DNA of 64,000 bases from Candidatus Heimdallarchaeota archaeon (GTDB lineage: Archaea; Asgardarchaeota; Heimdallarchaeia; JABLTI01): positions 16,476-80,475 of the forward strand of contig DXJV01000085.1 in assembly GCA_019056785.1 (NCBI GenBank), in the 5' to 3' direction. Under the pieces are notes generated by a model. The model saw only the letters and a program-made list of their open reading frames with translations. It made no database searches and was not told where the DNA came from. Shown piece after piece: positions 47,868 to 56,943 of this stretch (position 1 is the first letter of the stretch; each line of letters begins with the position of its first letter). The position numbers and the translations under genes are program-made.

Positions 47868-50513
47868 TTGGATAGGTTACAGATGTCGAGTAGAGCGTTT
47901 CAATATTACGTGTTTCTTATGGATTACAAACCAGAAACATTACAGATGAAAATGCTGCTACTCCCTGCGAAAGCAAAAGTTTTGCGTATCAAGCCACTAG
48001 AACGGGCAACATTACAATTTATCCTAGAAAAAGGCCGGCTCCGTCCCTATAAATACATTGTCTCTGGAAAATATGGGACAGAATATAAAAAACCTGAACT
48101 TATTACCTATGTCTTTCAAAAAGCCAAAGGTATCATTATTCCTGCAGACGAAAAAATCGATAAATATGATTTATTTGAGGAATATTTCAAAACCTTTCAT
48201 ATCAGTTTGCCTACTTTTCGCCGTATCTGTCGTTTTTGTATGATAGATCATCAAAGAGTGACCTTTCTTACTGAGAAAAATGAATTGACAGTTTTCGGGA
48301 GAAAAGCTTGCCAACAATGCGCTCAAGAAGAGTTGGATAAGGAACTTTCATCAAGAGAAATCCATTTGACTGCCAGTGGGAAACGGCATTTCTATCGGAT
48401 TTTAAAACAAGTTAAAAATGTTGACCGCGTATTGGATGCATTTGACACTAACTTTCGACCGACAAAACACCCCGAGCTAACTCTCTTTGATGTCATTGGA
48501 AATGTCGATGATTTAAGTGAATCTGTAGCCATCGACAATCTCTCATTGCCTGAAAACCTTAAACGTATCTTAAAACGAAATCGTTATACCAAGCTACTAC
48601 CTATTCAAGTTAAGGCTATTAAAGCTGGCTTGTTGAAGAAACAATATTTCTTGGTTGTTGCGGGCACAAGTAGTGGAAAAACATTAATCGGTGAGATTGC
48701 AGGCCTTCATAGTGTTCTCCAAAAAAAGCGCATGGTCTATTTGAGCCCTCTAGTTGCTCTTACAAACCAGAAATACGAGGACTTTAAAAGAAGATATCAA
48801 CGAGAAGGCTTTCGTGTGGCAATTAGAGTGGGAATGAGTCATATTGATGTAGGCGACGAAGCTGAATATATTATTGATACTGATTACAGAGCTGCAAATA
48901 TAATCACTGCGACTTACGAAGCTTTTGATTTATTGCTTCGAAATGGTAAGAAAGATGTTCTTAGAGATGTAGGTACCGTTATTATTGATGAAATTCAATT
49001 ACTAAATGACCCGGAAAGGGGGCCAGAGCTTGATGGTTTGATTGCTCGACTGAAAATCCTCTTCCCCCAAGCCCAATTAATCGGTCTTTCAGCAACAATT
49101 GGAAATCCTGAAAAGTTAGCAGAGGATCTCGGGTTTGAATTATTATTGCATCAAGAACGGCCCATTCCTCTAGAGCGTCATGTAATTATTGCTCGCGACC
49201 AAGATGAAAAAGAGCTTTTCTTACGTGATTTGGTTCGTGCAGAATATAATTACAAATCTTCCTATGGGTATTTTGGGCAATCAATCATTTTCACTAATTC
49301 ACGTCGCCATTGCTATGAATTAGCATTGAAATTAAATAAAAGCGGGTTAAAAAGTGCTGTTTATCATTCTGGTCTAACTTATCGAGAACGAAAACGAGCA
49401 GAAGAGGGCTTTGCAAACGGAAAATATGCTGCAATTATCACAACTGCTGCTTTAGGTGCTGGAGTTGATTTTCCGGCTAGTCAGGTTATTTTCGAGTCAC
49501 TTGCAATGGGTATAAATTGGTTGTCAGTGGCAGAATTCCATCAAATGTTTGGTCGGGCAGGGCGACTTGGTTATCATGATCGTGGAAAAATTGTGCTGGT
49601 TGTGGAGCCAAATAGACGATATCACAGTTCCATGGACAAAACAGAAGATTCAATTGCTTTTGAGCTTCTCACAGAAGAAATCGCCCCGGTCGAACCTGAA
49701 ATGGAAGGCGAACGGCAATTAGAACAATTATTAGCAGGCATAGTTACCATGAAAAACGCTGACTTGCGAGAACTGGTGCGCTACTATTCTAACTTACTTG
49801 GGCCTTCAGAGACGTTAAAAACAACATTACAAATGCTCAAAGAACTCGAGATGATAAAAATTTATCAAGTGGGTCCTCGGGCAACAAAATTGGGTTTTGC
49901 TACTTCACGAACCTTTCTTTCACCAACAGAAGCTTGTTCTATTCAAAAGAAATTACAGCTTTTAAGTCCATTGGAGATTGCTGTTGCTTTTGAACCTTTT
50001 ACAGCTGTGTTCTTGAATAGTAAAATTCAAGCAGAAATCGAAAAGACGTTGAAAAGTGGTTATATTGGTTCCAACCTTTTTTCTGGTTCGGTTCTCGAAT
50101 ATATGCAGTCTGCATTAGAAAAACGGGCAAACTTACCAAATTTAGTTGTTCAAACTTTTGCTAAATGGTCAAAAGACATTTTTAATTGTAAATGTTTAGA
50201 AAATCCTTGGTGTGGTTGTGGAGAAAAAGAGCTCTCTCGCAAAATAGTCGAATTACGGTTGCAAAATAAAAACTTGCGCAAAATCGCCACAGAATTGTCA
50301 ACAAATTATAACCTTTATGCCTATCCTGGGGATATTTACCGTTGGTTTGATACGCTTATCCATCATCTTCGCGCTGTGGCAAAACTCGCTCTGGTGTTTG
50401 ATGAGCGAAAAACAATGAAATTAGCGTTGAATACTATCAAGATGATCGAAAAACCATGGATAATTGCAAAATACCGGAAAAAACTGACAAAAAAACAATC
50501 AAAAAACAATTAG
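47868..50513 (+). CDS. Archaea-specific Ski2-like SF2 helicase (ASH-Ski2, DUF5814 C-terminus)
   Basis: CRFC...CQQC N-terminal motif, GTSSGKT, DEIQ, LSAT, GVDFPASQV, QMFGRAGR, CKCLENPWCGC. Confidence 0.88.
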   Translation: MDRLQMSSRAFQYYVFLMDYKPETLQMKMLLLPAKAKVLRIKPLERATLQFILEKGRLRPYKYIVSGKYGTEYKKPELITYVFQKAKGIIIPADEKIDKYDLFEEYFKTFHISLPTFRRICRFCMIDHQRVTFLTEKNELTVFGRKACQQCAQEELDKELSSREIHLTASGKRHFYRILKQVKNVDRVLDAFDTNFRPTKHPELTLFDVIGNVDDLSESVAIDNLSLPENLKRILKRNRYTKLLPIQVKAIKAGLLKKQYFLVVAGTSSGKTLIGEIAGLHSVLQKKRMVYLSPLVALTNQKYEDFKRRYQREGFRVAIRVGMSHIDVGDEAEYIIDTDYRAANIITATYEAFDLLLRNGKKDVLRDVGTVIIDEIQLLNDPERGPELDGLIARLKILFPQAQLIGLSATIGNPEKLAEDLGFELLLHQERPIPLERHVIIARDQDEKELFLRDLVRAEYNYKSSYGYFGQSIIFTNSRRHCYELALKLNKSGLKSAVYHSGLTYRERKRAEEGFANGKYAAIITTAALGAGVDFPASQVIFESLAMGINWLSVAEFHQMFGRAGRLGYHDRGKIVLVVEPNRRYHSSMDKTEDSIAFELLTEEIAPVEPEMEGERQLEQLLAGIVTMKNADLRELVRYYSNLLGPSETLKTTLQMLKELEMIKIYQVGPRATKLGFATSRTFLSPTEACSIQKKLQLLSPLEIAVAFEPFTAVFLNSKIQAEIEKTLKSGYIGSNLFSGSVLEYMQSALEKRANLPNLVVQTFAKWSKDIFNCKCLENPWCGCGEKELSRKIVELRLQNKNLRKIATELSTNYNLYAYPGDIYRWFDTLIHHLRAVAKLALVFDERKTMKLALNTIKMIEKPWIIAKYRKKLTKKQSKNN

Positions 50514-50573
50514 AAAAGTATTTATTTTTTCAAGATAAAATAGATAAAATCAGTTTCCTGAGGAACATTTGAC

Positions 50574-51008
50574 GTGGCAATTATTGAAGCAGGAGTAGTG
50601 TTTAGTGGAATCCCTATTGTAAAGGTTCGATACGATAAAGAATTTTCAAAACATGACAAATTGCTCACGCCAGGACTGCTAGAGGCAATTCAAACGTTTG
50701 CTTTTGAGATTTTCGAGGATGAGACTGAGTCCTTTAAAATGACACGCTTCACTATTTATCTGCACAAAGCAATTTTGAAAAATAGTCAAGCGGTAACGAT
50801 TTATGCTATTTGTGATAGTAATAATCACTCCACAACCATTCGTGAGAAAATCAGGGACATTGCCAGGAAATTTGTAAAACAATTTCCAGATGTGAATGTG
50901 GGTTTTTTAGATGCATACCGCAATTTCGAACAGGTCATTACTAGCACTTTTGGTGATCTCATTTTCCACCCCGAGGACCGGTTACGAAGCATTTTCTCGA
51001 CTGAATGA
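50574..51008 (+). CDS. Longin-like domain protein (Asgard type)
   Basis: SGIPIV, LTPGLLEAIQTFAFEIF, IYAICD, IARKFVKQFP, YRNFEQVI. Confidence 0.75.
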   Translation: MAIIEAGVVFSGIPIVKVRYDKEFSKHDKLLTPGLLEAIQTFAFEIFEDETESFKMTRFTIYLHKAILKNSQAVTIYAICDSNNHSTTIREKIRDIARKFVKQFPDVNVGFLDAYRNFEQVITSTFGDLIFHPEDRLRSIFSTE

Positions 51009-51102
51009 ACTGAGCTGTAAAAGAGCAAAGTGATTGCTTTTTTCAATTGTTATTTAGAAAAAGAATCGAAAAACAATTAAAGTAGAAACAAAACCATCTC
51101 GA

Positions 51103-51477
51103 ATGGTGAGTAAAATGGATAAAGAAACAACACTCCCCCCAGCATTAAAAATGCGCCTTGCATCTATGAATGATCTTGTACGAATGGCATTCTTTAGTGC
51201 CGCAAGAAATGTGGGGTTAAATTTTCTATTGTATCAAGATGAGAAAAGTGAAAAATGGTTCATTGGATTTCTTACTGGGGTGGTAGGCTATTACTCTTTG
51301 AGAGGATTGCCAATGCACTTTTTTGTCGAGCTTGATGAAAAGCCCAAGAAGGTCCATTTTATAAAATATAATTCACTCGAGGTTGAGAAATGGGAATTCT
51401 GCGACTCGACACCCACAACAACAAAATGGAATTATTTGCCGGTAATAGAGCTGGCAGAAAAACCTTCTTTCTTATAG
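51103..51477 (+). CDS. Archaeal hypothetical protein
   Basis: 124 aa ORF co-oriented within a cluster; no function recognised. Confidence 0.6.
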   Translation: MVSKMDKETTLPPALKMRLASMNDLVRMAFFSAARNVGLNFLLYQDEKSEKWFIGFLTGVVGYYSLRGLPMHFFVELDEKPKKVHFIKYNSLEVEKWEFCDSTPTTTKWNYLPVIELAEKPSFL

Positions 51478-51555
51478 GAAGATTTTAAGAAGAAAAAGTT
51501 CAAGTGCCACAAGAAAAAAGATCTTAAAAGAGAAGCTTTAAGGAAAAGTGTAACA

Positions 51556-52884
51556 ATGACAGATTATCAACCTTTGACCAGCATTGCGGTAATTGGTCAT
51601 GTCGATCACGGTAAGTCAACGCTTATGGGTCGATTTTTATATGAAATTGGCGCTGTCGATCCTCGAGTGATGAAAAAAAATGAAGCTGATGCTGAAGGAC
51701 TTGGGATGTCTTCCTGGAAATGGGCTTATGTTTTAGATGCCTTTCCGGAGGAGAAAGAAAAAGGGAAAACGATGGACATCGCTTTTAGGCGTTTTGCGAT
51801 TAATGGTCGTTCATTCGTGCTTATCGATAATCCTGGTCACCGTGATTTCACTAAAAATACCATTGCAGGTCTAAGCACGGCTGATGCGTGTATCTTGGTA
51901 ATTAGTGCTGGTCGAGGAGAAATTGAGGCAGGATTAGAACCTGGAGATGAAATAACACCTTCAGGCCAAACACTTGAGCATACACTCATCGCCTCTGTTT
52001 TGGGAATCAAAGATGTTATTGTTGCTGTAAACAAAATGGACAGTGCCAATTATTCTGAAAAACGATTTAATACCTGTAAACAAATCCTCATTGACTTTTT
52101 GAAAAAGATTCAAAGCCCTTGGATTAAAAATCTGGATGCCATCCCCTTTATTCCAATTAGTGGCTTGATGGGAGATAATTTAGTTACTAAAAGCGAAAAA
52201 ATGCCTTGGTATTCCGGTCCCACCTTAAAAGAAGCAATTGCAAAAATATCCATTCCTGAAGATTTATCAGATAAGTCATTGCGGTTAGTAGTTTATGATG
52301 CTTATCAAGAACCCGGCATGGGTCTTGTTGGTTATGGACGAATTATTAGTGGAAAAATAAAAACTAATGATCGTGTTATTGTCTCACCAGGGTTAAATAA
52401 AGCAACAGTAAAAACTCTCTGGGATGATGAGAAGGAGATTACAGAGGCGAGATGTGGCATTGATGTAAACTTTCTTCTTAAAGGTTCTGCCGAGGAAGAC
52501 ATTCGTCGTGGTGCTGTTGTAGGGCATATATCAGATCCCCCACCATTTAAACCTCGTGTGCAAGTGCGATTACTTTATCTCGGTTTGCATCCTCTCGTTC
52601 TAGGGAATCTGACAATCCTGCATGCCGGCTCGGACCATGTGGAAGCTGAAGTAGAAGCAATCTTGAAAATTTACCGGCAAAATCCCAAATACAAAAATAC
52701 ACCTCGAGAAATTAATGGCAAAAAAATTATGATCTTCACAGACGAAGTTGCCAGTGTGATTTTACAAACGAAGTCTCCAATTGTGATTGAAAAACAAGCT
52801 GATGTTCCAAAACTGGGCCGAGTTATTCTCAGGAAAAAAGGGCGAGTTATTGCCGCTGCTATTGTAGAAGAAATTCTCGAGTAA
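51556..52884 (+). CDS. Divergent EF-1alpha-family translational GTPase (HBS1/eRF3-like paralogue)
   Basis: GHVDHGKST, EEKEKGKTMD, DNPGHRDF, GQTLEH, NKMD, ISGLMGDN; domains II and III strongly diverged. Confidence 0.85.
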   Translation: MTDYQPLTSIAVIGHVDHGKSTLMGRFLYEIGAVDPRVMKKNEADAEGLGMSSWKWAYVLDAFPEEKEKGKTMDIAFRRFAINGRSFVLIDNPGHRDFTKNTIAGLSTADACILVISAGRGEIEAGLEPGDEITPSGQTLEHTLIASVLGIKDVIVAVNKMDSANYSEKRFNTCKQILIDFLKKIQSPWIKNLDAIPFIPISGLMGDNLVTKSEKMPWYSGPTLKEAIAKISIPEDLSDKSLRLVVYDAYQEPGMGLVGYGRIISGKIKTNDRVIVSPGLNKATVKTLWDDEKEITEARCGIDVNFLLKGSAEEDIRRGAVVGHISDPPPFKPRVQVRLLYLGLHPLVLGNLTILHAGSDHVEAEVEAILKIYRQNPKYKNTPREINGKKIMIFTDEVASVILQTKSPIVIEKQADVPKLGRVILRKKGRVIAAAIVEEILE

Positions 52885-52943
52885 AACCGCTTGTGTCTTC
52901 TCTGGATGATTCAGCCCTCAGCTGGCTTTTTCCATTTTTCTTT

Positions 52944-53792
52944 TTAGAGAAAGGCCTTTCTTGCGACAACTAAAAGCTCTGAGCCAGTGTCAAGAAGGCC
53001 GGGATTTGTACTTAGGCGTTCTTCCAATGTTAATAAGGTCTTTAAAATATCTTTATTTTCAAATAAATTGACTAGTTCTTCACTCATATAAGGGAAAAGA
53101 CAATTTAATGCTCGAATTTCCAAGAGTTCGCAACCACATTTCTCGAGTAATTTCATAATTTCATCAGAAGAAAAGGCATAATAGGATGGTTCTGCCGGAA
53201 AATCCTCAAAAGGTTTATAGCTGGTGTCGAGAAATTCCCAAAGGCCCGCTTTTAAGGGGTCCAGGAGCTTTTCAAGATCGGCTTTAAGGATAGTCGAACG
53301 GATATAATTTATTTTATTTTTTACTGAGAGTATTATTGGTGCACCAGGTTTACAGACACGGGCTAATTCGGCCAGCATGTTCTTTCTCTCGTCACAAGTA
53401 TAGGAAAGTGTGCCATAAAGACTAATTATCAAGTCAAACGTTTCATTATCAAACTGTCGCAAGTCTGTAAATGATTCTAAAACTGCAAACTGCTCGAAAA
53501 AGTTTGAGAGATTCTCCTTCTCTAATCGTTTACGTGTAATTTGTAGCTGTTCGACAGAAATATCGGCAATAATTATTCGGCGCTTTTTCTCTGCGATAAT
53601 TTTTGAAAAAATCCCCGGATCAATGCCGACATCTAATATAAGACTGTCTTCAGGAGGAAGATAATTTAAAATGACTTTTTTTAAGATTTCAAATTCAAAT
53701 CGCCCTCGCATCGTTTGCAAATGTTGTAAATACCAACTTTGATCAACACGTTTTTCCAAGAAATTTAGTAAGAATTTTTCCTTAAAAGTCAA
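52944..53792 (-). CDS. Class I SAM-dependent methyltransferase
   Basis: ILDVGIDPG, ADISVEQL, ELARVCKPG. Confidence 0.8.
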   Translation of the reverse strand: MTFKEKFLLNFLEKRVDQSWYLQHLQTMRGRFEFEILKKVILNYLPPEDSLILDVGIDPGIFSKIIAEKKRRIIIADISVEQLQITRKRLEKENLSNFFEQFAVLESFTDLRQFDNETFDLIISLYGTLSYTCDERKNMLAELARVCKPGAPIILSVKNKINYIRSTILKADLEKLLDPLKAGLWEFLDTSYKPFEDFPAEPSYYAFSSDEIMKLLEKCGCELLEIRALNCLFPYMSEELVNLFENKDILKTLLTLEERLSTNPGLLDTGSELLVVARKAFL

Positions 53793-53850
53793 GTTTCATT
53801 CCTCCAACAACAAGCTTATTATACATTATATCTATACACTTAAAATTAAT

Positions 53851-54432
53851 TTGCCTTGTTTGTTGATAGAGGTTGAAAAATTGTCCCAAAAAGAGCCAAA
53901 AAAACGCATTACTTCGAAACCCCAGCATAGTATACGTCCAACTGTGGATGAATATTTCACCGCAATGGCTGAATTAGTCTCAACACGTTCAACATGTTTG
54001 CGAAGGCAATTTGGCACTGTAATCGTACAAGATAATCATGTTATTTCCACGGGATATAATGGCGCACCTCGAGGGATGCCTCATTGTATCGATATCGGTT
54101 GCTTACGGGACGAATTACATATCCCAAGTGGAACTAAACATGAGATTTGCCGGGGGGTTCACTCGGAACAAAATGCTATCATTCAATGTGCAATCCATGG
54201 TGAGTCAACTGCAGGAGCAACGCTCTATGTCACAGGCTATCCTTGTAAGATTTGTGCAAAGATGATCATTAATGCAATGATTAAACGAGTGGTAGTTTCC
54301 GGCTCGTATTCAGACACCGAGGGAATTGATTTACTACGGGAAGCAGGAGTAGAAGTCACCATACTAGAACAGAAGGCAAAAGATGTTCTTCTAAAAGTTA
54401 TAAAAATGAAGGAGTCACGGCAAAGAAAGTAG
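53851..54432 (+). CDS. dCMP deaminase family protein
   Basis: RSTCLRR, STGYNGAP, HSEQNAI, PCKICAK; start may be the TTG at 53881. Confidence 0.9.
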   Translation: MPCLLIEVEKLSQKEPKKRITSKPQHSIRPTVDEYFTAMAELVSTRSTCLRRQFGTVIVQDNHVISTGYNGAPRGMPHCIDIGCLRDELHIPSGTKHEICRGVHSEQNAIIQCAIHGESTAGATLYVTGYPCKICAKMIINAMIKRVVVSGSYSDTEGIDLLREAGVEVTILEQKAKDVLLKVIKMKESRQRK

Positions 54433-54537
54433 TCCACGAAATTATTCGAGTAAAAATCAACCCTTGTTCAGTAGGGTTTTTCAAAAAAAGGTAAGTTAGA
54501 TTGTTTGTTTTGAAATTGAAAATGTCTTTAATTGTAA

Positions 54538-56799
54538 TTATTTCTTTCTTCTATTTTCTCTGATTAATAAGATAGTAACAACGAAGAAGCTTGTGGTAAT
54601 GGGAATAAAGACAACAACATAAAGGCTTGGTTCTTTAGGTTCGTGGTTGTTCAGTCGATAGATTTCCAAACCATCCCAGCCGTCAGCAATAAAGATTAGC
54701 CCCTCATGATAGACAACATCATAACAAAGACCACGGTAGTGGTCGCGAACGGCGGCAACTTCTGTGAGCTCGCTGGGATTGGTGATGTCAACAACACGCA
54801 AACCGCCAGCATACTGGGCAATATAGGCATAGTTATCTTCCACTGTAAGTGCCTGAGCAAAGCCCCAGCCATTAGAGAGCCGGGCGATTTTAAGGGGGGC
54901 AGACTTGTTCTTGGCATCGATCATCCGGAGCTCAGACCAATCGTTGCAGAGAAAGATCACGTCACCACGAACATAAATCGCATTCACGCGGCTGGGAAAA
55001 TAAAGCCAAGAAAGCGCCACAGGATTGACCGGCGTGGCATAATTGATATCCACTATTGCGAGAATCCCACTGCCCATGGATGTGAGATATAGATACTCGC
55101 CATTAAGGAAGATATCTCCGAGAGCGAAGAGCGGTTCAGCAATTGCAATCCGCCAGTAGAGCTGCGGGTTTGTCTTATCCGAACAATCGATGATAAAGAG
55201 GTCATGCCAGTCGTGGGCGAGGTAGATGCGCTGATATTTTTTATCGAGAACAAGGCTGCGGAAATTGCCGACTTCAGGTTCAAAGCGGTATTGTCCCACG
55301 AGTTCGGGATTCGTGGGGTCGCGTACATCCAGAATATCAAGCCCCTCTTTTGCAATAGCCAAATACGCATACCCCTCTGAAACAACGATGTCCATTATTG
55401 CATCTTGAGGGTATTGATAGCTTCCCACCAGCTTCGGTGCGCTTGTATTGGCAATATTAATAATTTCAAGTTTGGAAGGATAATATGGCCAATCGCGTCT
55501 TGTGCAAAGATAGGCGTAATTGCCTTCTACTGCTAGCCGCCAGGCTAAACCATTGGTGTCAAAAGCGCCGATAAGGGAAAGCTGACTGAGATTGGAAATA
55601 TCAAGTGCGAAGAGCCCAAAATGATAATCCGCACAAAATAAGCTTTGATTGTTTTTTCCAGCTGCCACAGAAAAGATTTCGAACTTGAATTCAAGCGGCG
55701 ACTTGTATTCACTAATCAATGAGATATTTTCAACGTTTGTAATATTTAGTGCAATGACTTTTTTCTTCCCGGAATCAGCAAGAAAGGCAGTGGTCTGATT
55801 CACAACGCAAATATCATTTATTGTCGATGCTGTTGTCTCGTAAACGGCGACAAGCTCAGGTGCAAGAGGGTTACTGATATCGACCACTTTTAATAAGTCA
55901 TTACTATTATGAACAATGCGTCCCACCAGCAAATAATCACCTACCTTCGCAAGCTCATTTCCTCCATCGATATCAATACTTGCCACTTCGACGGGATTAT
56001 ATGGGTCAGAAACATCAATTGCTACAACTTCTGGCCCTGGCGTAGAAAAAGCATAGTTTCCGGAGATGAGTGGCTCATAATAAAACCCTCCTATTTGTGT
56101 TCTGTTGATCTCTCCCGTCATGAATGGCTTTCTCGGGTCGGAAAAATCGATGATGCGAAAAACATTACCTTTGGAATATCTTGCAGTACCATCATCGACA
56201 ACATAGGCAAAAGTTCCCCGGATAGAGAAATATAGTATTTCTCCTGGGAATTTACTCAGGAGAACTGGTCTTGTTGGCTCGGCAATATCAATAAATAACA
56301 GCCCATTATAGCCATCTGCAAGTACTGCGATTGTCCCGCTGACCTCTACCCATGGAGCATAGTTAGAGTCCCAGGGATTTCTAAATGAGACGGGGCGCTC
56401 TTCATTGAAACTGCTCAAGAGCGTTGGGGTTGCGGGATCAGAGACATTAAAGATCAACAGTTCACCTGGATTACATGCAACAAAAGCCAATTCATCTTGT
56501 ACCACAAGATCGACTGGTCCACCATAGCGATTGCGATATTGCCCCACTTCTTGGAGCGTTGCTGAGAAATTGCCATCGACAAGTGCATTTTCTGTTTCAG
56601 CACTTGTAATCGTTCTTGCCGCGAGATCATTTACTTGTAATGCTCTAAAAAAACTCACACTCAGGATTATAAAAGCAAAAATGGCGACCGCTAATACACT
56701 CTTCTTTCCTTTTCGTCTTCTACTTTTGTCAGCCATTCTTCTCACCAGTTCAGAATTACTTTTCCTTTCAACAAAAGTGTCTCTTGTTTTTCTTTTCAT
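54538..56799 (-). CDS. LVIVD-repeat (beta-propeller) cell-surface protein with N-terminal signal and C-terminal TM anchor
   Basis: Many repeats of the type YAYIA...GLRVVDITNPSEL. Confidence 0.85.
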   Translation of the reverse strand: MKRKTRDTFVERKSNSELVRRMADKSRRRKGKKSVLAVAIFAFIILSVSFFRALQVNDLAARTITSAETENALVDGNFSATLQEVGQYRNRYGGPVDLVVQDELAFVACNPGELLIFNVSDPATPTLLSSFNEERPVSFRNPWDSNYAPWVEVSGTIAVLADGYNGLLFIDIAEPTRPVLLSKFPGEILYFSIRGTFAYVVDDGTARYSKGNVFRIIDFSDPRKPFMTGEINRTQIGGFYYEPLISGNYAFSTPGPEVVAIDVSDPYNPVEVASIDIDGGNELAKVGDYLLVGRIVHNSNDLLKVVDISNPLAPELVAVYETTASTINDICVVNQTTAFLADSGKKKVIALNITNVENISLISEYKSPLEFKFEIFSVAAGKNNQSLFCADYHFGLFALDISNLSQLSLIGAFDTNGLAWRLAVEGNYAYLCTRRDWPYYPSKLEIINIANTSAPKLVGSYQYPQDAIMDIVVSEGYAYLAIAKEGLDILDVRDPTNPELVGQYRFEPEVGNFRSLVLDKKYQRIYLAHDWHDLFIIDCSDKTNPQLYWRIAIAEPLFALGDIFLNGEYLYLTSMGSGILAIVDINYATPVNPVALSWLYFPSRVNAIYVRGDVIFLCNDWSELRMIDAKNKSAPLKIARLSNGWGFAQALTVEDNYAYIAQYAGGLRVVDITNPSELTEVAAVRDHYRGLCYDVVYHEGLIFIADGWDGLEIYRLNNHEPKEPSLYVVVFIPITTSFFVVTILLIRENRRKK

Positions 56800-56943
56800 T
56801 CTTTAAATAATTTTGGATGAAAGCGAGATTATCAATCATTTATTTCAAAAAAAAATACTTTTTTAAATGAATAGTCTGTTTGTTTTCGTACCCTTTTTAG
56901 GGTTTTTTCGTGAAAGGAAAAAAATTTCGGTTGAGATGGAAAA

